From positions 480,001 through 544,000 of the forward strand of contig JAUQPB010000001.1 of NCBI GenBank assembly GCA_030550585.1: a stretch of DNA of 64,000 bases, read 5' to 3'. Position 1 is the stretch's first letter; each line of letters starts with the position of its first letter. Positions 31,757 through 41,656 of the stretch are shown in pieces. Source of the DNA: Thermoproteota archaeon. Lineage in GTDB: Archaea; Thermoproteota; Thermoprotei_A; Sulfolobales; Ignisphaeraceae. A program made the position numbers and the translations under genes. The notes under the pieces were generated by a model. That model searched no databases and was not told the DNA's origin. It saw nothing but the letters and a program-made list of their open reading frames with translations.

Positions 31757-32376
31757 TGCATATGTCGTCTGGCGAGTTACAAACAAAGTTATCTGATATT
31801 GTGGCTGATCTAGACAATCTAAAGCTATTCGGCAAATGGAGCTACAAGGATGTAGTTGTTCTTGACCCCAGTCTCAAAAAGTATATATCGCTGAAACCTG
31901 TTGTTGTACCTCATTCAGCTGGCAAACATGCTCATAGAAGATTTGGCAAGGCTGAGGTGCCAATTGTAGAAAGGCTTATCAATAGGCTTATGAGAAAAAT
32001 GAAGAATACTGGTAAAAAACATTTGGCATTTAACATTGTTAAACATGCCTTTGAAATTATCCATGTGAGAACGGGGGAGAACCCAATACAAGTTCTTGTT
32101 AGAGCAGTAGAGAATGCTGCTCCAAGAGAGGAGACAACTAGGATTATGTATGGAGGTATAGTATATCATGTTGCGGTAGATGTTGCTCCAATGAGGAGGG
32201 TAGATTTAGCTATAAGACATTTGACTGAAGGGGCGTACAACTGCTCATTTAGGTCTGTCAAGCCTATTGAGGAGTGTCTAGCAGATGAAATAATCGCGGC
32301 AGCGGCTAATGATAGCAAGAGTTATGCTATTCAAAGAAAAGAGGAGATAGAGCGTATTGCTCTGAGCTCTAGGTAG
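31756..32376 (+). CDS. rps7: 30S ribosomal protein S7 (uS7)
   Basis: [33 protein letters not shown]. Confidence 0.97.
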   Translation: MHMSSGELQTKLSDIVADLDNLKLFGKWSYKDVVVLDPSLKKYISLKPVVVPHSAGKHAHRRFGKAEVPIVERLINRLMRKMKNTGKKHLAFNIVKHAFEIIHVRTGENPIQVLVRAVENAAPREETTRIMYGGIVYHVAVDVAPMRRVDLAIRHLTEGAYNCSFRSVKPIEECLADEIIAAAANDSKSYAIQRKEEIERIALSSR

Positions 32377-32476
32377 AGAACTGGTTTTTCGTTTGATGCG
32401 ATGCAACTATACACTTATAAGTTCTACCTGCTCACTTTTTGTTTCTTAGAAGAGTATCGATGAAAGGGTTTGGAAT

Positions 32477-33823
32477 ATGAGCACAAAACCACATCTAAAC
32501 CTAGTTATAATAGGTCATGTAGACCATGGGAAAAGTACGCTAGTTGGTAGGCTGTTAGTAGAGGTTGGTGCAGTAGATGAGAAAACATGGAAAGAAACTG
32601 TTGAAGCAGCTATAAAGGCTGGTAAGGAAAGTGAGAAATATGCCTGGTTGCTAGACAGATTAAAGGAGGAGAGAGAAAGAGGGTTAACAATATCGCTTGC
32701 CTATAGAAAGTTCGAAACCAACAACTACTACTACACAATAATTGATGCACCTGGCCACAGAGACTTCGTAAAGAATATGATTACTGGTGCAAGCCAAGCT
32801 GACGTTGCTGTGCTGGTAGTCTCTGCGAAGAAGGGTGAGTTAGAGGCTGGTATGAGCCCAGAGGGGCAGACAAGAGAGCACATTCTACTAGCTAGGACTA
32901 TGGGTATAGACCAGCTCATAGTAGCTGTAACAAAGATGGATACTACAGAGCCTCCATACTCAGAGAAAAGGTTTATGGAGATTGTAGAGCTCTTGACAAA
33001 GTTCCTCAAATCTGTGGGATACAAACTAGATACAGTTACATTTATCCCAGTATCAGGCTGGGTCGGAGACAACGTCACCAAACCCAGTGCAAATATGCCT
33101 TGGTGGAACGACCAGAAGATTGCTGAGCTAAAGAAGAAATACGGTGTTAATGGTGCTAGAACACTTTTGGAGGCTCTAGATGCTGTAAAGGAGCCTCCAA
33201 AGCCCATCGACAAGCCGCTAAGAATACCAATATCAGAGGTATTCGTGATATCTGGTGTTGGCACAGTTCCTGTTGGCAGAGTTGAGACAGGCGTTCTAAA
33301 GGTTGGCGACACAGTAGTCTTTATGCCCCCCAACGTGTCTGGCGAAGTAAGGAGTATAGAGATGCATCACCAGAGAATAGAGAAGGCCATACCAGGAGAC
33401 AACATAGGATTCAACGTGAGGGGCATTTCAAAAGAACAGGTTAAGAGAGGAGATGTTGCAGGCCACCCAACAAACCCACCAACAGTTGTCGACGAATTCA
33501 CTGCTAGAGTGATGATAGTCTGGCACCCAACAGCCATAGCACCCGGCTACACACCCGTAATCCACGCACACACTGCTAGCATACCATGTAGAATAGTTGA
33601 AATTGTTGCTAAACTAGACCCAAGAACAGGTCAGCCAACAGAGAAGAACCCGCCATTCATCAAACAGGGAGATATAGCAATAGTTAGATTCAAGCCTCTC
33701 AAGCCGATGGTCATAGAGAAGTACAGTGACTTCCCACAACTCGGAAGATTCGCAATGAGAGACATGGGCAAAACCGTTGGAATAGGAATAGTAATGGATA
33801 TTAAGCCCGCTGCAAAAGCATAA
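32477..33823 (+). CDS. tuf: Elongation factor 1-alpha
   Basis: GHVDHGKST, ERERGLTI, DAPGHRDFVKNMITG, LGRFAMRD. Confidence 0.99.
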   Translation: MSTKPHLNLVIIGHVDHGKSTLVGRLLVEVGAVDEKTWKETVEAAIKAGKESEKYAWLLDRLKEERERGLTISLAYRKFETNNYYYTIIDAPGHRDFVKNMITGASQADVAVLVVSAKKGELEAGMSPEGQTREHILLARTMGIDQLIVAVTKMDTTEPPYSEKRFMEIVELLTKFLKSVGYKLDTVTFIPVSGWVGDNVTKPSANMPWWNDQKIAELKKKYGVNGARTLLEALDAVKEPPKPIDKPLRIPISEVFVISGVGTVPVGRVETGVLKVGDTVVFMPPNVSGEVRSIEMHHQRIEKAIPGDNIGFNVRGISKEQVKRGDVAGHPTNPPTVVDEFTARVMIVWHPTAIAPGYTPVIHAHTASIPCRIVEIVAKLDPRTGQPTEKNPPFIKQGDIAIVRFKPLKPMVIEKYSDFPQLGRFAMRDMGKTVGIGIVMDIKPAAKA

Positions 33824-33841
33824 AGAAGGACTGAAGACACA

Positions 33842-34156
33842 ATGTCATCAATGGTTAGAATAAGGCTTTGGAGCACAGACTCCAACAATCTAAACTATGT
33901 AGTCTCACAAATAGTTGACATAGCAAAGAAAGCAGGCGTAAAAATAAGAGGACCTGTACCACTACCGGTAAAAAGACTTGTTGTGCCAGTGCCAAGACTG
34001 CCACACGGAGAGGGAAGCAAAGTATGGGACAAATGGGAGCTAAGAATACACAAGAGAATAATAGATGTTGAAGCAAACGAACATGTAATAAGACAGATAA
34101 TGAGGGTAAGAGTACCAGAAAATGTATACATAGAGATAGAGATAAGAAGAAAATAA
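33842..34156 (+). CDS. rps10: 30S ribosomal protein S10 (uS10)
   Basis: GPVPLP, PHGEGSK, RIHKRII. Confidence 0.97.
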   Translation: MSSMVRIRLWSTDSNNLNYVVSQIVDIAKKAGVKIRGPVPLPVKRLVVPVPRLPHGEGSKVWDKWELRIHKRIIDVEANEHVIRQIMRVRVPENVYIEIEIRRK

Positions 34157-34199
34157 GTATTTTTGATGTAAAACAAAATATTATAAACGTCTTTTACGC

Positions 34200-34288
34200 G
34201 CCGGGGTGCCCGAGCGGTCTAAGGGGCCGGCCTGGAGAGCCGGTGGGGCTATGTCCCCGCGCGGGTTCAAATCCCGCCCCCGGCGCCA
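34200..34288 (+). tRNA. tRNA-Ser(GGA), long variable arm, CCA encoded
   Basis: GCCGGGG...CCGGC-CT-GGA-GA-GCCGG, variable arm GGGG/CCCC, GGTTCAAATCC, CCCCGGC-GCCA. Confidence 0.96.
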
Positions 34289-34534
34289 CCTCTCCGCAAT
34301 TCTATTGCCTATGCATATAGCCTTCCAAGAAAGTTTGTTGTCTTGTTATTTACTATTACTTTGAAGCTGGTGTTAGTTTGATGAACCTAGAATATGTTAT
34401 TAATTGCGTATACAAGTATGGTGTTCGAAATAGGTAATAGGTTGATGAAAGTAATCTTTCAATAAAGTTTATATTTTATGGTGCCAGTAGATTGTTGTAA
34501 CATTATGTGTTTATGAAAGAGGGTGTGACTGTTT

Positions 34535-35500
34535 TTGGCGGCAAATACTGTACTTAGTGTCAGAGATTTGAGGATATACTATTTCACTAGTAGAGGGGCT
34601 GTTAGAGCTGTTGATGGGGTTTCATTCGATGTTGGAGAAGGTGATGTTCTTGGTGTTGCCGGCGAGTCTGGCTCTGGCAAGTCCACTCTTGGCTTTGGTA
34701 TAATGGGTCTTGTTCCACCTCCTGGCAGAATTGTTGGCGGTAGTATTGTGCTTGACGGCATTGATCTCACGAAGCTTTCTGAGGATGAGCTTAGGAAGAT
34801 TAGGTGGAGCAAGGTTAGCATGGTTTTCCAAGGAGCTCTAAACGTCCTCAATCCTGTTGTTAGGGTTGGGGATCAGATGGCCGAGGTTCTAGTTATTCAC
34901 AAGGGGCTTTCTAAAGATGAGGCCATGAAAATTGTTGAAGAGCATCTAAAACTTGTTGGTCTTCCACCAGATGTTGCAAGAAGGTATCCCCACGAGCTTA
35001 GTGGTGGTATGAAGCAGCGAGTGGTTATTGCAATGGCTCTTCTTCTCAGGCCAAGACTTGTGATAGCCGATGAGCCTACAACAGCACTCGATGTTGTTAT
35101 ACAGGCTCAGATAATGAATTTGTTGAAGAGGATTAGAGAGGAGGAGAAGGTTTCAATGATATTCATAACACATGATCTAAGCCTAATAGCAGAAATAGCA
35201 AACAAAGTAGCTGTGATGTACGCTGGTAAAATAGTTGAGATGGGCTCTTCAGATGACGTATATTCACAACCCCTACACCCATACACCCAAGGACTTTTAA
35301 ACAGCATACCATCAATTAGAAGAAGAAAGGGCCTTTCATGGATACCGGGCTCACCACCAGATCTAAGAAACCCACCACAAGGCTGTAGGTTCCATCCTAG
35401 GTGCCCATATGCAATGGATATCTGTAGGAGGGAGGAACCCCCTCAAATTGATGTTGGAAACAGTCATGTTGTCTCCTGCTGGCTATATGCAAAAAGGTGA
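34535..35500 (+). CDS. Oligo/dipeptide-type ABC transporter ATPase (DppD/OppD-like)
   Basis: GESGSGKS, YPHELSGGMKQR, DEPTTALD, GCRFHPRC. Confidence 0.95.
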   Translation: MAANTVLSVRDLRIYYFTSRGAVRAVDGVSFDVGEGDVLGVAGESGSGKSTLGFGIMGLVPPPGRIVGGSIVLDGIDLTKLSEDELRKIRWSKVSMVFQGALNVLNPVVRVGDQMAEVLVIHKGLSKDEAMKIVEEHLKLVGLPPDVARRYPHELSGGMKQRVVIAMALLLRPRLVIADEPTTALDVVIQAQIMNLLKRIREEEKVSMIFITHDLSLIAEIANKVAVMYAGKIVEMGSSDDVYSQPLHPYTQGLLNSIPSIRRRKGLSWIPGSPPDLRNPPQGCRFHPRCPYAMDICRREEPPQIDVGNSHVVSCWLYAKR

Positions 35501-35979
35501 GGGGTGGTTAGCAAGTAGATCAGTATGGAGTTTCCCAAGATAAACAACGCTAAGCTAACAGTGGACAGGATCTTGAACGGCTCCTTAAAAACCTTGGCAT
35601 GGAAATTGATTGTCGCATTGCAGTTTCTATCAGATTTTACCAAAGCTATAAACGATGTTGATGGAAGTGAGATAGTAGTTGATTTGTTAGTAGCTTCAAA
35701 GTGACTGTAGTTTCCATGTGAAGCCTCAATAGAGATGTATATAGTGCAGGAGGTGCTTTCTATCTCTATAGATGCATTATCTATCTGTATGCTTTCTCCT
35801 TGTGTGAAATTGGCTAAGGAGAGAAAATAGACTCTACCCTCTTCAAATGAAATATACAATGTATTTTGTAATATATATTCAATTCTATATAGACTAGCAA
35901 AAGCAGTTAGAAGAGCAGATAGCAATAAAACTATGGCTAATGCTAACAGCCTCTGTCTCTGCTTCAATTTACCTAGCAC
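35464..35979 (-). CDS. Hypothetical membrane protein (N- and C-terminal TM helices)
   Basis: Hydrophobic ends around a beta-rich segment with several N-x-S/T sequons; fills the gap between dppD and dppA. Confidence 0.65.
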   Translation of the reverse strand: MLGKLKQRQRLLALAIVLLLSALLTAFASLYRIEYILQNTLYISFEEGRVYFLSLANFTQGESIQIDNASIEIESTSCTIYISIEASHGNYSHFEATNKSTTISLPSTSFIALVKSDRNCNATINFHAKVFKEPFKILSTVSLALFILGNSILIYLLTTPHLFAYSQQETT

Positions 35980-36041
35980 AACGATTTTAAGCCCCCATAT
36001 AAATTTAAAACCTTTTTGAAAAACAATTTGATTTCAAGCAG

Positions 36042-38885
36042 GTGGATGGAATGAAGTTTAAAAATATAACGGTATATACTCTACTTACTGTTTTAATGAT
36101 ATCAATAATATCTCCAATAATGCTATATGCACAACAAGCAAACAAGGGGCCAGCATCAGATAGCATAACATTTGTTCAAGTGTCTACTGACAGAGTTGGA
36201 GAGGCATTCAGGTCAGGATCTATAGATGCATACATATATGGCTTGAGACCGACGCAGCTAGACCAATTCCAAGGAGTATCAAATATAAGGTTTGTCTCGG
36301 CGCCAGGAGGTCTAGTCTCAATTGTTCTAAATCCAGCACCAGTAAAAACAGTTAATCTATCTGGTGACTGGACGAAGAAGAGCTTAGATGACATAGCAAA
36401 GGCTGTTGGCTATCCAAAGGCGGTCATATCACAGATATACTATGACAAAGACAAAAATGTTACATATGTTGATCTAGCTGCCGACGGTAACAACATCAAT
36501 CCATTTGCACTAAAAGATGTTAGATATGCCATAAACTTCATAGTTGATAGGGACTTTATAGTCAAGAATATTTATAGAGGCTATGGAGCCCCCATGGTAA
36601 CATTCCTCTCATACTACGACCCAACATACATGCTAATATCAGATCTGATAGCATCGTTTGCGATAAGGTATGACCCTGCATATGCTAGAACGTTGATAGA
36701 AAAGGCATTGACAGCTGCAGGAGCAACTTTGCAAGGCGGCAAATGGTATTATGCCGGGAAGCCAATACAAATAATATTCGTTATAAGGCAAGAAGATGAG
36801 AGAAGAGACATTGGAGATCTTATTGCAACAGAGCTTGAGAACCTCGGATTTGTGGTGAATAAACAGGTTCTAACCTTTGCACAGGCACTTGAAATAGTAT
36901 ATGACTCAGATCCAAAAGAGCTTCAGTGGCATATATACACCGAAGGCTGGGGTAAAGGTGCGTTAGAGAAGTACGACTCTGCATCACCAGCTCAATTTTG
37001 TGCGCCATGGTTTGGTTATATGCCTGGTTGGCAGGTAGAGGGCTGGTGGTGGTACAGAAACGACACAATAGACAACTTAACACAGAAGCTGTACTTCGGC
37101 AAGTTCACGAGTCGTGATGACTATGTAAACACCTATAGAACTGTTGTGGCGATGTGCATGCAAGAATCTGTGAGAATATGGATTGCAACCAGAATGGATA
37201 TCCATGTTGTTAGAGCAGATATGCAAGGACTGACAGAGGATATGTCAGTGGGGCTAAGGTCGCCGTTCAATCTAAAGGGTATGTATGTACCAGGCAAACC
37301 AGATATCACAATAGGTCATCTATGGGTATATACAGCAAGAACAATTTGGAATATATATGGAGGCTTTACAGATGTTTATAGTGTCGATATAGAGAGGGCT
37401 ACATATGATCCGCTAACATGGAGAGACCCATTCAATGGAGAGCCAATACCTATTAGAACCAAGTATACAGTTGTGACAGCAGGACCCAACGGAACATTGG
37501 ATGTGCCACCCGATGCCATAATATGGGATGCTAAACAAGGCAAGTGGGTTAATGTAGCTCCTGGAACAAAAGCTATATCCGTTGTTAAATATGACATGTC
37601 AATGTTTATAGGCTCTAAATGGCACCACGGAATAAACATTACATGGGGCGACATACTGGCTGCCTGGGCACTAGGATTTGATCTAGTCTACAATGATACT
37701 AAGGCAAGCTTCGAAACACCTATATCAGGAGCGAACAAGCCATTCTTCGACACCATAAAAGGTCTGAGAATAATACCACAGAACAACACATTGGAGGTAT
37801 ATGTTAATTATTGGCACTTCGACCCCAACTATATAGCAGACTACGCAGCTTCCACGCCAATTAACCCTGCTGAGCTACTTGTTTTGCAAAACATTATAGT
37901 GTTCGACATGCAGAAATATGCGTTTACAACATCAACAGGCAGAGCAAAGAATATACCAGCTCTAAATCTAGTGCTAAGCGCCCATGCAAAAGACCTTGCA
38001 ACACTCGCACAACAAATGCTATCGGCAAACATCTTCCCAGCAAAATACTTTACAACACCGCAAGGAACTTATATGACACTTGATGAGTGGAAAACAAGGT
38101 TAAATGCATTTATAAACTGGGTTAACCAACATGGCCATGCATGGATATCGCAAGGACCCTTCTACCTAGACTCATTCGATGATAAAGCCCAGAAAGCAGC
38201 TCTAAAAGCATTTAGAGACCCATCATATCCATTTGCACCCGGTTACTGGGTGAAGGGCTCTGCAACACCAGCAACACTAACGGTGCCAGCAACCCCAAGC
38301 ATAATCGTGGGCAATACAACGACATTCCTGGTTAATGTTGTTCCTCCCACACTAACAGTTAGCGGAAGAACAACTGTTGCATCTGGAAACATATATGTGC
38401 AATACATTGTAAAGGATCTTCAAACAAATGCCGTTAAATACATTGGCGAAGCAACCCTTGTGGCAAGCGGAGCAACTCTGCTCACATACCAGATTGTTAT
38501 TCCAGCCGATGTGACAAAGTCAATGGCTCCCTACAATTATTACCAAGTGCAGATACTGGCATTTAGCGATGCTGTTGCAGTCCCAGCCTCGTACACATTG
38601 ACAATCCAGGCCCAGCCAAATATTGCTCAGATGATGTCAAGTGCGATTGCTGGGCAAATAGCTCCCCTGGCAAGCAAGATTGATGCAGTGTCCAATTCGA
38701 TAACAACAGTATCAAACAACATTATTGCTGTAGGCAATGCCATTAGCGATTTACAGAACGCTGTAAGTAATCTGAACAGCGCTGTATCATCAATGAAGAC
38801 ATACGTGATAGTGTTAATAGCGTTGCTTGTAGTATCGCTGATATCGAATGTACTGTTATTGTTAAGGCTTTTTAGAAGATCTTAA
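36042..38885 (+). CDS. ABC transporter substrate-binding protein, family 5, with C-terminal stalk and TM anchor
   Basis: Signal peptide, NPFALKDVRYAINFIVDR, KWHHG, SQGPFYL; C-terminal heptads and hydrophobic helix. Confidence 0.9.
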   Translation: MDGMKFKNITVYTLLTVLMISIISPIMLYAQQANKGPASDSITFVQVSTDRVGEAFRSGSIDAYIYGLRPTQLDQFQGVSNIRFVSAPGGLVSIVLNPAPVKTVNLSGDWTKKSLDDIAKAVGYPKAVISQIYYDKDKNVTYVDLAADGNNINPFALKDVRYAINFIVDRDFIVKNIYRGYGAPMVTFLSYYDPTYMLISDLIASFAIRYDPAYARTLIEKALTAAGATLQGGKWYYAGKPIQIIFVIRQEDERRDIGDLIATELENLGFVVNKQVLTFAQALEIVYDSDPKELQWHIYTEGWGKGALEKYDSASPAQFCAPWFGYMPGWQVEGWWWYRNDTIDNLTQKLYFGKFTSRDDYVNTYRTVVAMCMQESVRIWIATRMDIHVVRADMQGLTEDMSVGLRSPFNLKGMYVPGKPDITIGHLWVYTARTIWNIYGGFTDVYSVDIERATYDPLTWRDPFNGEPIPIRTKYTVVTAGPNGTLDVPPDAIIWDAKQGKWVNVAPGTKAISVVKYDMSMFIGSKWHHGINITWGDILAAWALGFDLVYNDTKASFETPISGANKPFFDTIKGLRIIPQNNTLEVYVNYWHFDPNYIADYAASTPINPAELLVLQNIIVFDMQKYAFTTSTGRAKNIPALNLVLSAHAKDLATLAQQMLSANIFPAKYFTTPQGTYMTLDEWKTRLNAFINWVNQHGHAWISQGPFYLDSFDDKAQKAALKAFRDPSYPFAPGYWVKGSATPATLTVPATPSIIVGNTTTFLVNVVPPTLTVSGRTTVASGNIYVQYIVKDLQTNAVKYIGEATLVASGATLLTYQIVIPADVTKSMAPYNYYQVQILAFSDAVAVPASYTLTIQAQPNIAQMMSSAIAGQIAPLASKIDAVSNSITTVSNNIIAVGNAISDLQNAVSNLNSAVSSMKTYVIVLIALLVVSLISNVLLLLRLFRRS

Positions 38886-38922
38886 TACAATATATAAAGA
38901 ATAATTTTTTATATCATATTTT

Positions 38923-38942
38923 TAAACCATAATAAACCATAA
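38923..38942. repeat. Tandem 10-bp direct repeat TAAACCATAA x2
   Basis: Read directly in the dppA-dppB spacer. Confidence 0.7.
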
Positions 38943-39073
38943 TCTAGACTATATAAAATTTATAAACTTCATTTATTAACTATTCCTTAAGTATTTCATT
39001 GACGTGTCATGCATGGATCGATGCCTATCTAGACTAGATTGGAATGGTATAGATATAGGATGGTGATGTATTA

Positions 39074-40174
39074 ATGTCTGTTGGCCTGGTAATTGTAAGA
39101 AGAGCGGCGTTCTTGGTCTTAGCTTTGATTATAGCAGTTTTTTTAACGGCTTTCATAATAGGTGCTACGGGGTATGTAGATAAGGTTGCTAGAGCCATTG
39201 TAAATGAGGAGGTTAGGGCCTATAGACAGGCATTGTCGAAGATGCCAAATGTCAATCAATCCTATGTAGAGGAGAAGGTGAGGGAGTATCAGCAGATGCT
39301 TATTGCGACTTATGGTCTTGATAAGCCTTGGTATTACAGGGTTCTGCCATTGGTGTATGCAACACTTATGTTCAAATTTGGTGATGTTCAGCAGGTTGGA
39401 GTTGCTGATGTTGCTGGTATGCAACTTCCTGCAAAGGCAAGTGATGTTATCTTGGCTTGTTTGCCTAGAACAATTGTTATGATAACTGTTGCCGAGCTTA
39501 TTGCAATTCTAATTGCATTAATTATAGCACCTTATGTAGCATTTAGAGTTGGTTCGTTAGCAGACAGATTCACGATAATATATGCAGCTCTAACTAATGC
39601 AATTCCCGTGTGGTGGCTAGCACTAATAATGATATTCGTTTTTAGCTATAGGCTTGGTGTTGCCCCACAGCAGTTTAGGGGTGTTATCAGAGCTTTGAGT
39701 GATATGTCAACAGCACTTCTATCCGGGGATTTAAAGGGGTTCATCATGGGTTTTGCAAATGTGTTGAACTACTCATGGTTGCCTATAGTAACCATTGTTA
39801 TTGTTCTCCTAGGACCGTGGATTTACAATGTTAGGGCCATGCTCTTAAGAGTTTCGCGAGAAGATTTCGTTACAGCAGCTATTGCGCGTGGTTTGCCGCA
39901 GAAGGTTGTTTTGCGAAGATATATTTTGAGACCAGCTTTACCGCCGGTGATAACCTCTGTGCTTCTTGGTTTGGCGGGGACTTTGGGAGGTTATATAATA
40001 ACAGAATCGGTTTTTAATTGGCCGGGCATGGGAACACTCTATTACGAAGCTATCACAAGTGGCGATCCAGCAACAATAATTGGTTTGACATATGTGTTGA
40101 CCCTTGTATATGTTATTGCAAGGCTCATACTAGAGGTTCTCTATGTTGTTCTCGACCCTAGGGTGAGACTATGA
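39074..40174 (+). CDS. ABC permease (DppB-like)
   Basis: YGLDKP, EDFVTAAIARG, ITESVFNWPGMG, LDPRVR. Confidence 0.93.
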   Translation: MSVGLVIVRRAAFLVLALIIAVFLTAFIIGATGYVDKVARAIVNEEVRAYRQALSKMPNVNQSYVEEKVREYQQMLIATYGLDKPWYYRVLPLVYATLMFKFGDVQQVGVADVAGMQLPAKASDVILACLPRTIVMITVAELIAILIALIIAPYVAFRVGSLADRFTIIYAALTNAIPVWWLALIMIFVFSYRLGVAPQQFRGVIRALSDMSTALLSGDLKGFIMGFANVLNYSWLPIVTIVIVLLGPWIYNVRAMLLRVSREDFVTAAIARGLPQKVVLRRYILRPALPPVITSVLLGLAGTLGGYIITESVFNWPGMGTLYYEAITSGDPATIIGLTYVLTLVYVIARLILEVLYVVLDPRVRL

Positions 40175-41655
40175 TGGAGAGGCTAAAAGGGTTTTGGAAG
40201 CAGATAAGAGAGACCATATGGAGCCAGACAAGCGGAAAAGCGGCTCTGATACTACTTTCAATACTCATTGTTATTGGTGTGGCAGCCGCTCTAGCAATTC
40301 CACCAAACTTTGTATCTATATGGAATGATCCTAAGTATTGGGGTGGCAAACCAAAGAATACTCCACCCAGCTGGTCATCCTTTTTTGGATATCCATGTGT
40401 GCAACATTTTGAGGAGGATTTGAGAGCCCTTGGATACAAACTAAATGTTACAACAAATGAGGTATCCTTAACATATTTATTCACCTATGACTATAAAGGC
40501 GATGGATTTCCACAAGGGGTGGCCCTAAAAATTGATGGAGTTTACGCTAATGGTGTCAGAAGTATAAGGATTGAAGCATATATTACTAGGCCGGATGGGG
40601 TTACAGTACCAGATGTTATAACATATTTGGCAACTGGGGCCAACGGATCTATATCAATTGAAAACATGCTTTTAAATCCGGACACAATTAAACTAGCATC
40701 AACGCTGATAACGCTATATCCACAGTTTCTGCAAGTAGCTGGTGTGAATGATATTGCCATGAATTATCCTATGTATCTATTCGGCAAATACTCGAATACC
40801 TCAAGGATTGTGTCTTTGGGTGGGGTATATAGGGTGTCTGTGGTTGTAAAAGCATCTACCTTAGGTGCTGTGACTATTGACGATGTGAATAAAGTTGTGA
40901 ATGCATTGAAGTCTTCTAAGGACTTTAAATTCGTTGTTGTTGGTACTTGCTATGGTTTGTTAGGAACAGATTATAGGGGTAGAGACCTTGCGCAGGCAAT
41001 GTTTTTCGGGCTTCCAATAGCTCTTTTAATAGGCTTTGGAACAGCATTCTTAACAACAATAATAGGGCTGTTTGCAGGCCTTGCAAGCGGCTATTATGGT
41101 GGTCTCATAGATGAGTTTATTCAAAGGTTTATAGATGTTTTGGGCAGTATACCGACACTTCCAATACTTATTCTAATTGCGGTCTCGGTGCAACAAGCAT
41201 ATGGTGCTAGCCCCTACAAACCTATAATAATGCTTATGGTAATACTATTCACACTTATAGTTTTTGGCTGGGGCGGTCTAGCAATAATAGTCAGGTCCAT
41301 GACCCTAAGCATAAAAGCTGAGGCATATGTTGAAGCAGCTCAAGCTGTAGGAGCATCAAATTGGTGGATCATGACAAAGCATATAATTCCACAGCTACTG
41401 CCATATATAGCGGCCCAGATGGTGTATTCAGCGCCTTCAGCAATATTAACTGAGGCCGGGCTTTCTATTCTGGGTATTCAGCATGGGCTTCCCACATGGG
41501 GTGGAATATTATCTGATGCTAGGCTCTATGGGAATATCAGTTATTGGTGGTGGATATTCCCACCTGGGATAGCCATATCGATAGTCTCTCTAACCTTTGT
41601 GCTCTTAGGCATGTCTATAGAGAGGGTTGTAGAGCCTAGACTGAGGGGGATGTAA
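40171..41655 (+). CDS. ABC permease (DppC-like) with large extracytoplasmic insertion
   Basis: LLGTDYRGRD, YVEAAQAVGA, KHIIPQ, EPRLR. Confidence 0.92.
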   Translation: MMERLKGFWKQIRETIWSQTSGKAALILLSILIVIGVAAALAIPPNFVSIWNDPKYWGGKPKNTPPSWSSFFGYPCVQHFEEDLRALGYKLNVTTNEVSLTYLFTYDYKGDGFPQGVALKIDGVYANGVRSIRIEAYITRPDGVTVPDVITYLATGANGSISIENMLLNPDTIKLASTLITLYPQFLQVAGVNDIAMNYPMYLFGKYSNTSRIVSLGGVYRVSVVVKASTLGAVTIDDVNKVVNALKSSKDFKFVVVGTCYGLLGTDYRGRDLAQAMFFGLPIALLIGFGTAFLTTIIGLFAGLASGYYGGLIDEFIQRFIDVLGSIPTLPILILIAVSVQQAYGASPYKPIIMLMVILFTLIVFGWGGLAIIVRSMTLSIKAEAYVEAAQAVGASNWWIMTKHIIPQLLPYIAAQMVYSAPSAILTEAGLSILGIQHGLPTWGGILSDARLYGNISYWWWIFPPGIAISIVSLTFVLLGMSIERVVEPRLRGM

Positions 41656-41656
41656 A

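Noticed and set aside
32377-32476. Absence of EF-2 between rps7 and tuf
   Set aside because: Normal for crenarchaea.
35380-35500. Similarity between the dppD and dppF 3' ends
   Set aside because: Third codon positions differ; ordinary paralogy, not a DNA repeat.
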